A stretch of 64,000 nt of DNA from an uncultured delta proteobacterium (GTDB lineage: Bacteria > Myxococcota_A > Polyangia > Palsa-1104). The DNA lies in contig CAWAWS010000007.1 in assembly GCA_963785725.1 (NCBI GenBank), forward strand, positions 32,001-96,000. The letters run 5' to 3'. Below are positions 9,699 through 19,594 of the stretch, one piece after another; the first letter of the stretch is position 1, and each line of letters begins with the position of its first letter. Under the pieces are notes generated by a model that searched no databases, was not told the origin of the DNA, and saw only the letters and a list, made by a program, of their open reading frames with translations. The position numbers were made by a program, and so were the translations under genes.

Positions 9699-11396
9699 AT
9701 GGATTTGCAGCAACTGAGCGCCGAGATCTCGCGGCGCCGCACCTTCGCAATCATCTCGCACCCCGACGCCGGCAAGACGACGCTGACGGAGAAGCTGCTG
9801 CTTTACGGCGGCGCCATCCATCTCGCCGGCTCGGTCAAGCAGTCGCGCCGCGGCGGCCGCGAGACGACCAGCGACTGGATGGAGATCGAGCGCCAGCGCG
9901 GCATCTCGGTGTCGACGAGCGTCCTGCAGTTCGACTATCGCGGGCGGCGCGTCAACCTGCTCGACACGCCCGGCCACCACGACTTCAGCGAAGACACCTA
10001 TCGCACGCTCGCCGCCGTCGACGCCGCCGTCATGCTGATCGACTGCGTCAAAGGCATCGAGCCGCAAACGATCAAGCTGTTCAAAGTGTGCCGTCTGCGC
10101 GGCGTCCCCATCGTCACGTTCATCAACAAGATGGACCGCATGGGGCGCGAGCCGTTCGACTTGATCGACGAGATCGAGCGCGTGCTCGGCATTCCCTGCG
10201 CGCCGGTCAATTGGCCGGTCGGGCAAGGGCCGACGTTCGCCGGCGTCTACGATCGCGCGTCGCGCCAGCTGCACCAGTTCGAGCGCGCCGAAGGCGGCGC
10301 GCAGCGCGCGCACACCACCGTCGGCAACATCGACGACGCCGACTTCGGCGAGATGGTCGGCCGCGATCTGCGCCAGCAGCTCAAAGAGGAGATCGAGCTG
10401 CTCGACGGCGCGTCACGGCCGTTCGAGCGCGAGGCCTTCTTGCGCGGCGAGATGACGCCGGTCTTCTTCGGCTCGGCGATGACCAACTTCGGCATCGAGC
10501 CGTTCTTGGACAGCTTCGTCGACATCGCGCCGGCGCCCGGTCCGCGTCGCATCACCGTCGGCGCCATGCCGACCGAAGGCGCGCCCAGCTCGATCATCAC
10601 GACGACGCCGACGACGATCATCGAAGCGGCCACGCCGCCGGCGACTTTGGCGGCCGACGACCCCGAGTTCTCGGCCTTCATCTTCAAGATCCAGGCGAAC
10701 ATGGATCCGCGCCATCGCGATCGCATCGCCTTCGCGCGCGTGTGCTCGGGTCGCTTCATTCGCGGCATGGAAGTCCTGCACGTGCGCTCGGGCAAGCGGC
10801 TGGCGTTGACGCGCTCGCTGCACTTTTTGGCGCACGAGCGCAAACAGGTCGACGAAGCCTTCGCCGGTGACGTCATCGGCATCTGGGATCCGGGCATTTT
10901 GCGCATCGGCGACAGCTTGTGCGACGGCGCGCCGGTGGAGTTCGACGGCATGCCGCGCTTCTCGCCCGAGTTCTTCGTGCGCGTGCGGCTCACCGACTCG
11001 GGCAAGCGCAAGCAGCTGAAAAAGGGGCTCGATCAGCTGTCGGAAGAGGGCGCGGTGCAGCTCTTCTTCGATCGCCATCGCATGAATCGCGAGCCCATCT
11101 TGGGCGCGGTCGGTGTGCTGCAGTTCGAGGTCGTGCAGCATCGGCTGAAGTCGGAATACGGCGCGCCCATCGAGCTCGATCGGCTGCCCTATCAGCACGC
11201 GCGTTGGATGGAGGGTGACGTCGACCTGTCGAAGTTCGAGTCGCGCGGCTACAGCACGTGCGTGCTCGACGTCGAAGATCGGCCGCTCGTCCTGTTCGAG
11301 AGCGAGTGGGCGATGAATCGTGCCGAGCGCGAGAATCCGACGGTCAAGTTCATCGCCGCCGTGCAGCCCGGCCGCTCCGCGCGCTCCGCCGCGTAA
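9699..11396 (+). CDS. prfC: Peptide chain release factor 3
   Basis: RRTFAIISHPDAGKTTLTEKLLL, SDWMEIERQRGIS, LLDTPGH, INKMD and FKIQANMDPRHRDR. Confidence 0.97.
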   Translation: MDLQQLSAEISRRRTFAIISHPDAGKTTLTEKLLLYGGAIHLAGSVKQSRRGGRETTSDWMEIERQRGISVSTSVLQFDYRGRRVNLLDTPGHHDFSEDTYRTLAAVDAAVMLIDCVKGIEPQTIKLFKVCRLRGVPIVTFINKMDRMGREPFDLIDEIERVLGIPCAPVNWPVGQGPTFAGVYDRASRQLHQFERAEGGAQRAHTTVGNIDDADFGEMVGRDLRQQLKEEIELLDGASRPFEREAFLRGEMTPVFFGSAMTNFGIEPFLDSFVDIAPAPGPRRITVGAMPTEGAPSSIITTTPTTIIEAATPPATLAADDPEFSAFIFKIQANMDPRHRDRIAFARVCSGRFIRGMEVLHVRSGKRLALTRSLHFLAHERKQVDEAFAGDVIGIWDPGILRIGDSLCDGAPVEFDGMPRFSPEFFVRVRLTDSGKRKQLKKGLDQLSEEGAVQLFFDRHRMNREPILGAVGVLQFEVVQHRLKSEYGAPIELDRLPYQHARWMEGDVDLSKFESRGYSTCVLDVEDRPLVLFESEWAMNRAERENPTVKFIAAVQPGRSARSAA

Positions 11397-11482
11397 TCGC
11401 CGTATTCACCCCATTCGCGAAAAGCCGCGTGCGACACGTTGTCCAGGCGCGCCCGTCGTCAATGCCATCGACATTGTCCAGT

Positions 11483-12871
11483 CTAACTAAGCTTATGGTG
11501 ATGCTTGGCGTCGACGGGCCGAACGGCGGCGTTGCAGATGAAGCCGATGATGAGCAGGCTCGCCATCAGATACATCGTGACGTTGTAGACGTGCGCTTTG
11601 GATTCGCCGTGTCGGATCTGCCATTCGCGGACATAGGTGACGAGGCTGGGGCCGGCGATGGCGGCCGCGGACCACGCGGTCAATAAGCGGCCGTGAATGG
11701 CGCCGACCTGATAGACGCCGAAGAGATCGCGCAGATAAGCGGGAATCGTCGCGAAGCCGCCGCCGTACATGCTGAGAATGATCGTGAAGCAGGCGACGAA
11801 TAGGACGACGCTGCCGAGGCGCGCGGCGGTGGGAACGGACACGTATAAGACGGCGCCGAGCGCGAAATAGATCATGTACGTGCGGCGGCGGCCAATCGTG
11901 TCGGAGAGCGACGACCAGATGAAGCGGCCGAGCAAGTTGAAGATGCTGAGTAGGCCGACGAATCCCGCGGCCGCGCTGGCCGTAATGCGCACGGGGAAGA
12001 CCTCTTGAATCATCGGTGACGCCTGCGAGAGCACGCCGATGCCGGCGGTGACGTTGAGAAACAGGACCGCCCACAAGAGCCAAAACTGCGGGGTGGCGAT
12101 GGCTTCGTTGGCGGCGACGGGCGGACCGGCGACTTTGACGGGCGCGGCCGTCTTGGCTCCGCTCGCCGTCGCCGGCGCCCAATCGGGCGGCGGGACGCGC
12201 ACGGTGAAGGCGCCGAACAGCATGAGCGCGAAGTAGAGCGCGCCCATCGTCGCGAAGGTCTCGGCGACGCCGACCGAGTGCGCGGTCTTGAAGTGATCCA
12301 TGAGCGTCGTCGCCAAAGGCGCGCCGATGAGCGCGCCGCCGCCGAAGCCCATGATGGCCAGACCGGTCGCCATTCCCGGTCGATCGGGGAACCATTTGAT
12401 GAGCGTCGATACCGGCGAGATGTAGCCCGAGCCGAGGCCGATGCCGCCCAACATGCCGTAGCCGAAATAGACGACGGCGATGGAGTGGAAATGGACGCCG
12501 ACGGCGGCGACCTCGAGACCGCCGCAGAAGCAGAGCGCGGCGGTGAACATGGCGCGGCGCGGGCCGACGCGCTCGAGCCACGTGCCGAAGAGCGCCGCCG
12601 ACAAGCCGAGGACGGCGAAGGCGATGTTGAAGATCCACACGGTCGTCGTCAGCGGCCAATCGCCGGCGGCGGGCTTGGTGACGCCGATGACGCGGCTGAT
12701 CGGCAGGTTGAAGACGCTGAAGGAGTAGGCCTGGCCGATGGCGAGGTGGATGGCGAGCGCGGCCGGCGGCACCAGCCAACGATCGTAATTCGCCGGCGCG
12801 ACCGAGCGTTCGCGCGACAAGAAGGACGCGGCGCCGCTCACGAACGGCACGCGCGCGGCCAGATCGTACAC
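11483..12871 (-). CDS. OFA (oxalate/formate antiporter, YhjX-like) MFS transporter
   Basis: YISPVSTLIKWFPDRPGMATG and MYGGGFATIPAYLRDLFG...GAIHGRLLTAWS; multiple TM helices. Confidence 0.9.
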   Translation of the reverse strand: MYDLAARVPFVSGAASFLSRERSVAPANYDRWLVPPAALAIHLAIGQAYSFSVFNLPISRVIGVTKPAAGDWPLTTTVWIFNIAFAVLGLSAALFGTWLERVGPRRAMFTAALCFCGGLEVAAVGVHFHSIAVVYFGYGMLGGIGLGSGYISPVSTLIKWFPDRPGMATGLAIMGFGGGALIGAPLATTLMDHFKTAHSVGVAETFATMGALYFALMLFGAFTVRVPPPDWAPATASGAKTAAPVKVAGPPVAANEAIATPQFWLLWAVLFLNVTAGIGVLSQASPMIQEVFPVRITASAAAGFVGLLSIFNLLGRFIWSSLSDTIGRRRTYMIYFALGAVLYVSVPTAARLGSVVLFVACFTIILSMYGGGFATIPAYLRDLFGVYQVGAIHGRLLTAWSAAAIAGPSLVTYVREWQIRHGESKAHVYNVTMYLMASLLIIGFICNAAVRPVDAKHHHKLS

Positions 12872-12948
12872 TTGCGTACTATATGGATGTATACGTTATC
12901 GATGCGCATGATATTCGGCCTCCGGCAAGCGTCGAAGCTGGGATGCGC

Positions 12949-13077
12949 TCAGCGAAACAGCTGTATCGCCTTTTGCAGCGTCGCGTAGACGCCCCAGCCG
13001 AGCGGGATCGAGACGACGATCCAGCGCAGGAAGCGCTGCGCGTAGCGGGACGAGCTGCTCTCCTCGGTCGCGGCCAT
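12949..13077 (-). CDS. 42-aa small membrane protein associated with the OFA MFS (below the ORF-track cutoff)
   Basis: Manual translation MAATEESSSSRYAQRFLRWIVVSIPLGWGVYATLQKAIQLFR*; GGAGG RBS upstream. Confidence 0.8.
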   Translation of the reverse strand: MAATEESSSSRYAQRFLRWIVVSIPLGWGVYATLQKAIQLFR

Positions 13078-13225
13078 GGTTGCCTCCGCCGCGGATTCGC
13101 GGCGCGCACGACACGCGCGGCGACCCGCAACCTCATGTTAGGTCAGATGATGTCTCGAATCTAATGAGATGCGCGGTGGCGGGAAATGTCACACCGGCGT
13201 CGCGGATTTTGCGGCCGCGGCGGAG

Positions 13226-14280
13226 CTACGGCGTGGCCGACCAGAGGCAGATGTCTTCGTTGGCGCAGCCGCCCGGCTCGCAGGTGCCGATGAGCAAGTA
13301 GCAGCTGTCGATGGGCACGACGCGGTAGGCCGAGCCGGGCGCCATTTGGTTGGGCGCGAGGCTGAAGGCATCGGCGAGCGTCGGGCGCGTCATGATCGAC
13401 GTGCCGAAGTCGGCGGTGACGAAGAGCGTCAAACGATCGCTGGAGATGCCGGTGACGGCGCCGAACTGCTGGATGGCGTCGGGCATCAAGGTGCCGGCGG
13501 GAAACGGGTCGCTCGTCGACGCGCGCAGCGATTCGTAGGTGCCGACGCCGATGCCGGCGCTGACGTGATAGTAGAACGCCAGCCCGTCGGCGCTGAGCAG
13601 CGGCCACTCCAGCGTCGTGACCCCGCCGAGCGCGGCGTTGATCTGCGCGAACGGGCCGACGATGGGAAAGCCGAAGTTGGTGGCGCCGGCGATGGGGCGC
13701 GAGACCTGGCGGAATTGCAGGTTGGCGACGCCGATGATGGTGAGGCCGTCGGCGCTGAGCGTCATCGTCGCCTCGGCCCCGCTGAAGCCGTCGGCGTGCA
13801 TGGCCGACGTGATGTCTTGGCTGACGTAGTTGGTCGCGCCCGAGGTCGCGGCGTCGGCGATCGTCAAGAGCGTGTCGGGCGCGCCCACGCACTCGGCGAA
13901 CGAGGCGCGCAGGAGCAGCAAGCTGTCGCCGCTGGCCGACGCGCCCAGCAGCGCCTCCTGCGCGCCGCTGGTGCTGACGCTGGCGACGGGGGTGCCGCTG
14001 GCGCTGAATGACGTGCCGCACACGGGCTTGGGCGGGATCGGCTTGACCGGCGGCGGCGATAGATCGGCGGCATCAGATCGGGCGGCGACGCGAGGTCGGC
14101 GGACGACAGATCGGGCGGCGGCGCCAGGTCGGGCGGCAGGTCGGCCAGGTCGAACGCGGCCAAATCGGGCGTCGCATCGGCCATATCGCCGCCCGCCAAA
14201 TCGGGGTGCTCGCCGTTCGGCAGCCCGGTGGCGCAGCCGCCGACGACCCAAGACAACAGCAAAAGCGCCGAGATTCTCAC
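13226..14280 (-). CDS. Lipoprotein with D[LM]A linker and probable beta-propeller domain, frameshifted near 14065
   Basis: VRISALLLLSWVVGGC lipobox and PDLA repeats, then LSADGLT, LSADGLAFYY and ISSDRLTLF blade-like repeats in a second frame. Confidence 0.65.
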
Positions 14281-14436
14281 GACGTTCCCCCAAAAAAAGA
14301 TCAGGCTTCGCTCGATTGACGGGCGCCGGCGCCATTCGTCGCAGCCCAAAGTGAGCTGATTTGGTTTTCGCGATATCGCTGCCGGCGAGCGGCGGCGTGA
14401 GGTAAGCCGAGGGCGTTTCGAATAGTCGACGCGCGA

Positions 14437-15486
14437 TTACGGCGTGGGCACGCGGCTGAGCGCGATGCCCCACGGCGAGCCGCCGACGGCGATGCGGCGC
14501 TCGACCTTGCCGCCGGCGATATCGACGATGGCGACGTCGTGCGAGGCGCCGTTGGCCGTGTACAGCCGCGTGCCGTCGGCGCTGACGGCGATGCCGGACG
14601 GACGTTCGCCGACGCCGTCGATGCTGCGCAACTGCTTTTGCGTGATGACGTCGATGACGGCGATCGCGCCGGCGCTGGTGACGACGTAGAGCTGCTTGCC
14701 GTCGGGCGACAAGACGCCGGCGACGGGGCCCGACGGCGCCGGCGAGTCGCTGCGCAACGCGAGCCGGCCGCGCGGCGCATCGCTGGTGGTATCGAACATC
14801 GTCAGGTCGTGGTCGCCCTCGTCGGTGACGAAGGCGCCGCCGATGTCGTCGGCGAGCACGATGGCGCGCGGGCGCTGGCCGGTCGGCACTTTGGCGACGA
14901 CCTTGAGCGTCTCCGCGTCGATGACATAGACCTGGTTGGCCGCCTGCGCTGCGACGAAGAGGTAGGCGCCGTCGTTGCGCAAGGTGATGCCGGCGGGCTC
15001 GGCGCCGATATGAATCTGTGCGCGCAGCTTGACGCCGTCGAGATCGAAGACGGACAGCGTCGCCGCGTCTCGATTGGAGATGTACAGCGTGATGCCGTCG
15101 CGCGAGATGGCGACGTTCTCCGGGTTGGGGCCGGCCGGCAGCACGCGCTCGACCTTGCGCGACGCGACGTCGACGACGGCGATGCCGTCGGCGGCGCGAT
15201 CGGGCGGCGTGCGCTCGTCGACGCCGCCGCTGGGCGAGCCCGAGAGCGCGACGTAGAGCTTGTGGCCTTCGGGCGACAAGACGAGCCCGCGCGGCCGTCT
15301 TCCGACGGCGATGCGCGCGACGACGCTGGCCGTGGCCGGGTCGACGACGACGACGGTGCCGCTCTGCTCGTCGCTGACGTAGGCGAGCGGCACGTTCGGC
15401 GGCGGCGCGGCCGAGCCGCAACCGCGTCCGCAGCCGGCCCACAAGGCCAGCGCTGCCAACGTCAACCCCGCGCGTTTCGTCGCCAT
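14437..15486 (-). CDS. YVTN-type beta-propeller protein downstream of pqqE
   Basis: Repeated AYVSDE, LYVAL, LYISN and LYTAN blades with P-x-GI motifs; signal or lipoprotein N-terminus. Confidence 0.85.
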   Translation of the reverse strand: MATKRAGLTLAALALWAGCGRGCGSAAPPPNVPLAYVSDEQSGTVVVVDPATASVVARIAVGRRPRGLVLSPEGHKLYVALSGSPSGGVDERTPPDRAADGIAVVDVASRKVERVLPAGPNPENVAISRDGITLYISNRDAATLSVFDLDGVKLRAQIHIGAEPAGITLRNDGAYLFVAAQAANQVYVIDAETLKVVAKVPTGQRPRAIVLADDIGGAFVTDEGDHDLTMFDTTSDAPRGRLALRSDSPAPSGPVAGVLSPDGKQLYVVTSAGAIAVIDVITQKQLRSIDGVGERPSGIAVSADGTRLYTANGASHDVAIVDIAGGKVERRIAVGGSPWGIALSRVPTP

Positions 15487-15538
15487 GCGGTCTATTTATC
15501 AGACGGCGACGAGCGCCGCCAAGGTTCCAGCGAGTCGC

Positions 15539-16660
15539 TTACGAACGGCGACCGCGATAGAGATAACGAATCGGCGTATCAATCGTATTCACGACAGTCT
15601 TCACGACCGATTGCCGCGCTTCGGTGACGAGCGAATGGTGTGGCGAGAGCGCGCACGCCGGATCGGTCGCGGCCGCGTCGCCGGTGAGCGCGAACGCTTG
15701 GCAGCGGCAGCCGCCGAAGTCGAGGGCGCGGCGATCGCAGCTGACGCACGGCTCCTGCATCCACTGCTCGCCGCGAAAGGCCTGCAGCGCCGGCGAATCG
15801 CGCCAAATATCGGCCAGCGCGCGCTCGCGAATGCTGTCGAATTGCATACCGCCAATGCTCATCGCCGCGTGACACGGCAATACGTGGCCGGTCGGAATGA
15901 CATGCACGAAGCGGCGCGCCCAGCCGTCCATGCACGCTTTGGGTCGCGTGCCGAAATAGTCGGGCTTGACGAAGAGCACCTCGACTTTGCCGGCCAGCCG
16001 CGCTTTGGCGTCGGCGGCGATGGCGGTGGCGGCGGCGAGCTGCTCGCTCGTCGGCAACAGCTGCGCGCGATTGGCCAGCGCCCAGCCGAGATATTGCGTG
16101 TTGGCGAGCTCCAAGCGGTCGGCGCGCAACTGCTCGGCCAGCTGCACGATCGCCGCGATGTTATCGATGTTCGCGCGATGCAAGACGACATTGACGGTGA
16201 GTGGTAAGCCCAATTCTTTGACCCACGCCGCCGCTTGCAGCTTACGATCGAGCGCGGGAAAGCCGGCGATGGCGTCGGCGCTCGTCGATTCGGTGTCCTG
16301 AAAGCTAATCTGCACGTTGTCGAGACCGGCGTCGCGCAGCGCGCGCAGTCGTTCGCGACTGAGCGGCACGGCGCTCGTAATCAAGTTCGTATACAGCGAC
16401 AACGCGCGCGCTTTGGCGACGAGCGCCTCCAGGTCGGCGCGCGCCAGCGGCTCGCCGCCGGTCAAATGCAGCTGGACGACGCCGAGCGCCTCCGCTTCGC
16501 TGAACAGTCGCGCCCATTCTTCGGTCGATAATTCGCCGTCATGCGCCGCTAAATCGACGGGGTTGGAGCAATAAGGACACTTCAGCGGACAGCGATAGGT
16601 GAGCTCGGCGATGAGCGTATAAGGCCGCGGCATCTCGCCGCGCGTGGCGGCGTCGCTCAT
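15539..16660 (-). CDS. pqqE: PQQ biosynthesis radical SAM protein PqqE
   Basis: AELTYRCPLKCPYCSNP, ELANTQYLGWA, PKACMDGW and DFGGCRCQA (SPASM domain). Confidence 0.96.
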   Translation of the reverse strand: MSDAATRGEMPRPYTLIAELTYRCPLKCPYCSNPVDLAAHDGELSTEEWARLFSEAEALGVVQLHLTGGEPLARADLEALVAKARALSLYTNLITSAVPLSRERLRALRDAGLDNVQISFQDTESTSADAIAGFPALDRKLQAAAWVKELGLPLTVNVVLHRANIDNIAAIVQLAEQLRADRLELANTQYLGWALANRAQLLPTSEQLAAATAIAADAKARLAGKVEVLFVKPDYFGTRPKACMDGWARRFVHVIPTGHVLPCHAAMSIGGMQFDSIRERALADIWRDSPALQAFRGEQWMQEPCVSCDRRALDFGGCRCQAFALTGDAAATDPACALSPHHSLVTEARQSVVKTVVNTIDTPIRYLYRGRRS

Positions 16661-16944
16661 GAATCACCGAGCGTCACGAGGCCGCGTTCGCTCAGCGTCG
16701 TGACGAACGCGAGCACGTCGGCTTCGATCTTCTCGCGCGCGCCGCCGGTCTTCTCGGCCAGTGTTTGCGCGATCTGCGCCACGGTCGCCTGGCCATCGCA
16801 CAGCAGCAGGATCGACGCAGCCGAGTCGTTCAACGACAAACCATGCTCGGGATAGAGCAACAGGTGCTTATTGGCGTGCCGATCCCATTTCAGGCGCGCC
16901 TTAGTCGCCAAGCGCGGTCGCGACGCCGGCGATATGGCGCTCAT
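16657..16944 (-). CDS. pqqD: PQQ biosynthesis peptide chaperone PqqD
   Basis: LLLYPEHGLSLNDSAASILLLCDG; ATGA overlaps with pqqC and pqqE. Confidence 0.93.
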   Translation of the reverse strand: MSAISPASRPRLATKARLKWDRHANKHLLLYPEHGLSLNDSAASILLLCDGQATVAQIAQTLAEKTGGAREKIEADVLAFVTTLSERGLVTLGDS

Positions 16945-17654
16945 TCCGCCGGCGAATCGCGATAGGCCATGCTGACCGCGTCGAGCAGCGCCCACAGTAT
17001 TTGGCACTTCGTAATCAGCGCTTGCACGCAGCGCTCTTGAATATCGCGCGTATTGGCGTGCGCCAAGACGAAAGTAATCGCCTCTTGGCTGTCGACTTTC
17101 GCGCGAACGATTCGCCCGCGGAAATAGTCCAACATGCCCGAATCGACCCACGGATAATGGATCTCCCACGCTTTGAGGCGATTGGCCATGATTTCGGGCG
17201 AGAAGAACTCGGTCAGCGACGACGCCACGGCTTCGACGAGCGGTTTGGCGCGCACGAATTCGACATAGGCGTCGCAGGCGAAACGCACGGCCGGCAACAC
17301 GCGCTCGAGGCTGACGAGCTCGGCGCGCGACAGGCCGACGCCCTCGCCCAGTCGCTCCCATTGCGCTAGGCCGCCTTCGCCCTCTTGCAGGCCGTCGTGC
17401 TCGTGGATGCGACGAATCCAGGCGCGACGAAACGCCGGATCTTCCGACTTCGAGATGAGGATCGCGTCTTTGATGGGAATGCGCGTTTGGTAATAATAAC
17501 GATTGAGCACCCAGCCGCGCAGCTGCGCCTTCGTCAATTCTCCGGCGTGCATGCGATGGTGAAACGGATGGCGATCGTGATATCGCGCCGCGCCCTCTTG
17601 GCGCAGCCGCTCCACGAATTCGTCATTCGACAACAGCGGCAATTCTCGGCTCAA
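16941..17654 (-). CDS. pqqC: Pyrroloquinoline-quinone synthase PqqC
   Basis: YHDRHPFH, WVLNRYYYQTRIPIKDA, RFACDAY and VASSLTEFF. Confidence 0.96.
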   Translation of the reverse strand: MSRELPLLSNDEFVERLRQEGAARYHDRHPFHHRMHAGELTKAQLRGWVLNRYYYQTRIPIKDAILISKSEDPAFRRAWIRRIHEHDGLQEGEGGLAQWERLGEGVGLSRAELVSLERVLPAVRFACDAYVEFVRAKPLVEAVASSLTEFFSPEIMANRLKAWEIHYPWVDSGMLDYFRGRIVRAKVDSQEAITFVLAHANTRDIQERCVQALITKCQILWALLDAVSMAYRDSPAE

Positions 17655-18545
17655 ACGTCGATCTCCATGCCGTCGTGCGCGACCTCCCAGCCGCGGCGCT
17701 CGACTTCAGCGCGCTCCGCCGAATCACGCAGCAATATGGGGTTGCTATTGTTGATATGGGTAAAGATTCGGCGACGGGCCTCGATATGCGCCAAGCGCGT
17801 CAGCGAGCCGTTGGCGCCGCCGATCGGCAGATGCGCCATGCTCTCGGCGCGCGCCTGCGATAACCCTTGGCGCACCAATTCGTCGCTCGACCAAAATGTG
17901 CCGTCGAATAACAGGCAATCGGCGCCGTTGAATCGTTCGGTATATGCGTCGAGCGTACCGGCGGCCGCGCAATAAACGACACGTTTTGCAGGCTGCGTGA
18001 ATTCCAAACCGATATTGTCTTCCGCCGACGGCGTCGTATCGCGCTCGAGATGCACCGGCAGCTTTCCCGGCACGGCGAACGGCGTCAGCGTCACGCCGCC
18101 GGGCAGGATCGTCGGCGTCTCCAGCGCCAGCGGATGCCACGTTAGCTGCCCGTCGAAGCGCTCGCAGCGTGCGGAACATGACGTTACGCTCGCTCAAGCC
18201 GTGCCAGACCGGCGGGGTCGCATAAAGCTGTAACGGATATGATTCGCGCAGCGAGAATAAGCCGAGGATATGGTCCATATCGCCGTTCGTGAGGATGATG
18301 GCCGATATCGGCGAATGGCGCGGCGCGCGCGGCGTCAGCGCTTTGCTGCGCTGAAGCTGCTGCAGAATGTCGGGCGAGGCGTTGACGAGAATGACGTCGT
18401 CGCCGTCGCCGCGGACGGCGATCGAATCCTGCGTGCGCGCTTCGCTGCGGCCGCTGCCGCTGCGCACGTCGTGACAGTTGGAGCAGCCGCAATTCCACTG
18501 CGGAAAGCCGCCGCCCGCGGCCGAGCCGAGAATATGAACGCGCAC
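17651..18545 (-). CDS. pqqB: PQQ biosynthesis protein PqqB, frameshifted near 18165
   Basis: LGSAAGGGFPQWNCGCSNC and RTQDSIA; C-terminal FDGTFW...MAHLP...THINNSNP in another frame. Confidence 0.93.
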
Positions 18546-18618
18546 GCGTAAAGAATGATGCCATCGCGGGATGCGAGTGACAAGGCGACGAGGCGCGTGA
18601 GATTGTGGAGAGAAGCGA

Positions 18619-19488
18619 TTACACGAAGCGTTTGACGAAGCCGAGCGCCTTCTCGGCCACTTCTTTCCAGCCGCTGTCGATCGTCAGCGCGTGGCCGCGA
18701 TTGGCCATCTCGTAAATCTCGGTGACGTTCGGATTGTGGCTCTGCAGCTTATAGGACGCGTTGGCGATCGACCACGGAACGGTATTGTCTTTCTCACCCG
18801 ACAATAACAATAACGGTCCGCGCGCCGGATTCTCGACGTCGACTTTGGCCTCGGTCCACGGATTCAAATTCGCCGTCGCCGCTTGAAAGAGCGGCACACC
18901 CGACGCCGGCACGGCGAACGTGTCGTATAGCTCTTTGGCTTCCGTCTCGCTTACCGCGTTGGCAAAGCCGAAGCGAAACTGTTCGAACGTCAGCGGAATG
19001 GCGCGCTTCCGATTGGCCGGATTGTGCAAGACCGGCCACGCCGACTTCAGCGACGAGAACGGCAGCGGCAAGACGCCGCGGAACGGCGCCGGGTCGATCG
19101 CCACCGTCGCTTTGGCGAGGCCGCGGCCGGCGAGGATCTGCGCCAACAGGCCGCCGAACGAGTGGCCGATGATGACCGGCTTCTTCGTCAGCCCGCGAAT
19201 GATCTGCTCGAAATGATCGGCCACCTGCCCGACCGATTTATTCGCCATCACTTCCGGATGCGCGTTGGCTTCGGCGACGGTGTCGGGATCGTCGGGCCAG
19301 CCCGGCGTCAGCGCGGTGTATCCCGCGGTCTCGAAGAGCGCCGCCCAACGATCCCAGCTGCTCGGCAAGAGCCACAAGCCGTGCACGAATACGACCGGCT
19401 GCTTTTGCGTCGTATTGGCGCGCTCGACCTCTTGCGCTTCGTGTTCGGTAATGGTGGTCATCGAGCTCGGCGAAGAATCTGCAGTCAT
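18619..19488 (-). CDS. Alpha/beta hydrolase
   Basis: VVFVHGLW, GHSFGG nucleophile elbow, GEKDNTV and RGH. Confidence 0.88.
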   Translation of the reverse strand: MTADSSPSSMTTITEHEAQEVERANTTQKQPVVFVHGLWLLPSSWDRWAALFETAGYTALTPGWPDDPDTVAEANAHPEVMANKSVGQVADHFEQIIRGLTKKPVIIGHSFGGLLAQILAGRGLAKATVAIDPAPFRGVLPLPFSSLKSAWPVLHNPANRKRAIPLTFEQFRFGFANAVSETEAKELYDTFAVPASGVPLFQAATANLNPWTEAKVDVENPARGPLLLLSGEKDNTVPWSIANASYKLQSHNPNVTEIYEMANRGHALTIDSGWKEVAEKALGFVKRFV

Positions 19489-19594
19489 GCAGCATGCTCC
19501 TGTGAAGGTGAGCCAGCGCGGCTACGATACATCAATGCCCGTTCGAAGCCGACGATTGCGTGGCGGCAAGGCCAACTCGTGTCGATGCGCCGCC

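Noticed and set aside
13226..15442. Long Arg/Ala-rich ORFs (this one, 33355-35892, 3567-5609, 46315-48483 and others)
   Set aside because: They are shadow or alternate frames of real genes in high-GC DNA. Only the 3' part of 13226-15442 is real.
18619..19488. Alpha/beta hydrolase as the PqqA-processing peptidase
   Set aside because: It is a small esterase/haloperoxidase-like enzyme without an S9 propeller domain, and pqqB appears to have its own start signal. Adjacency alone is insufficient.
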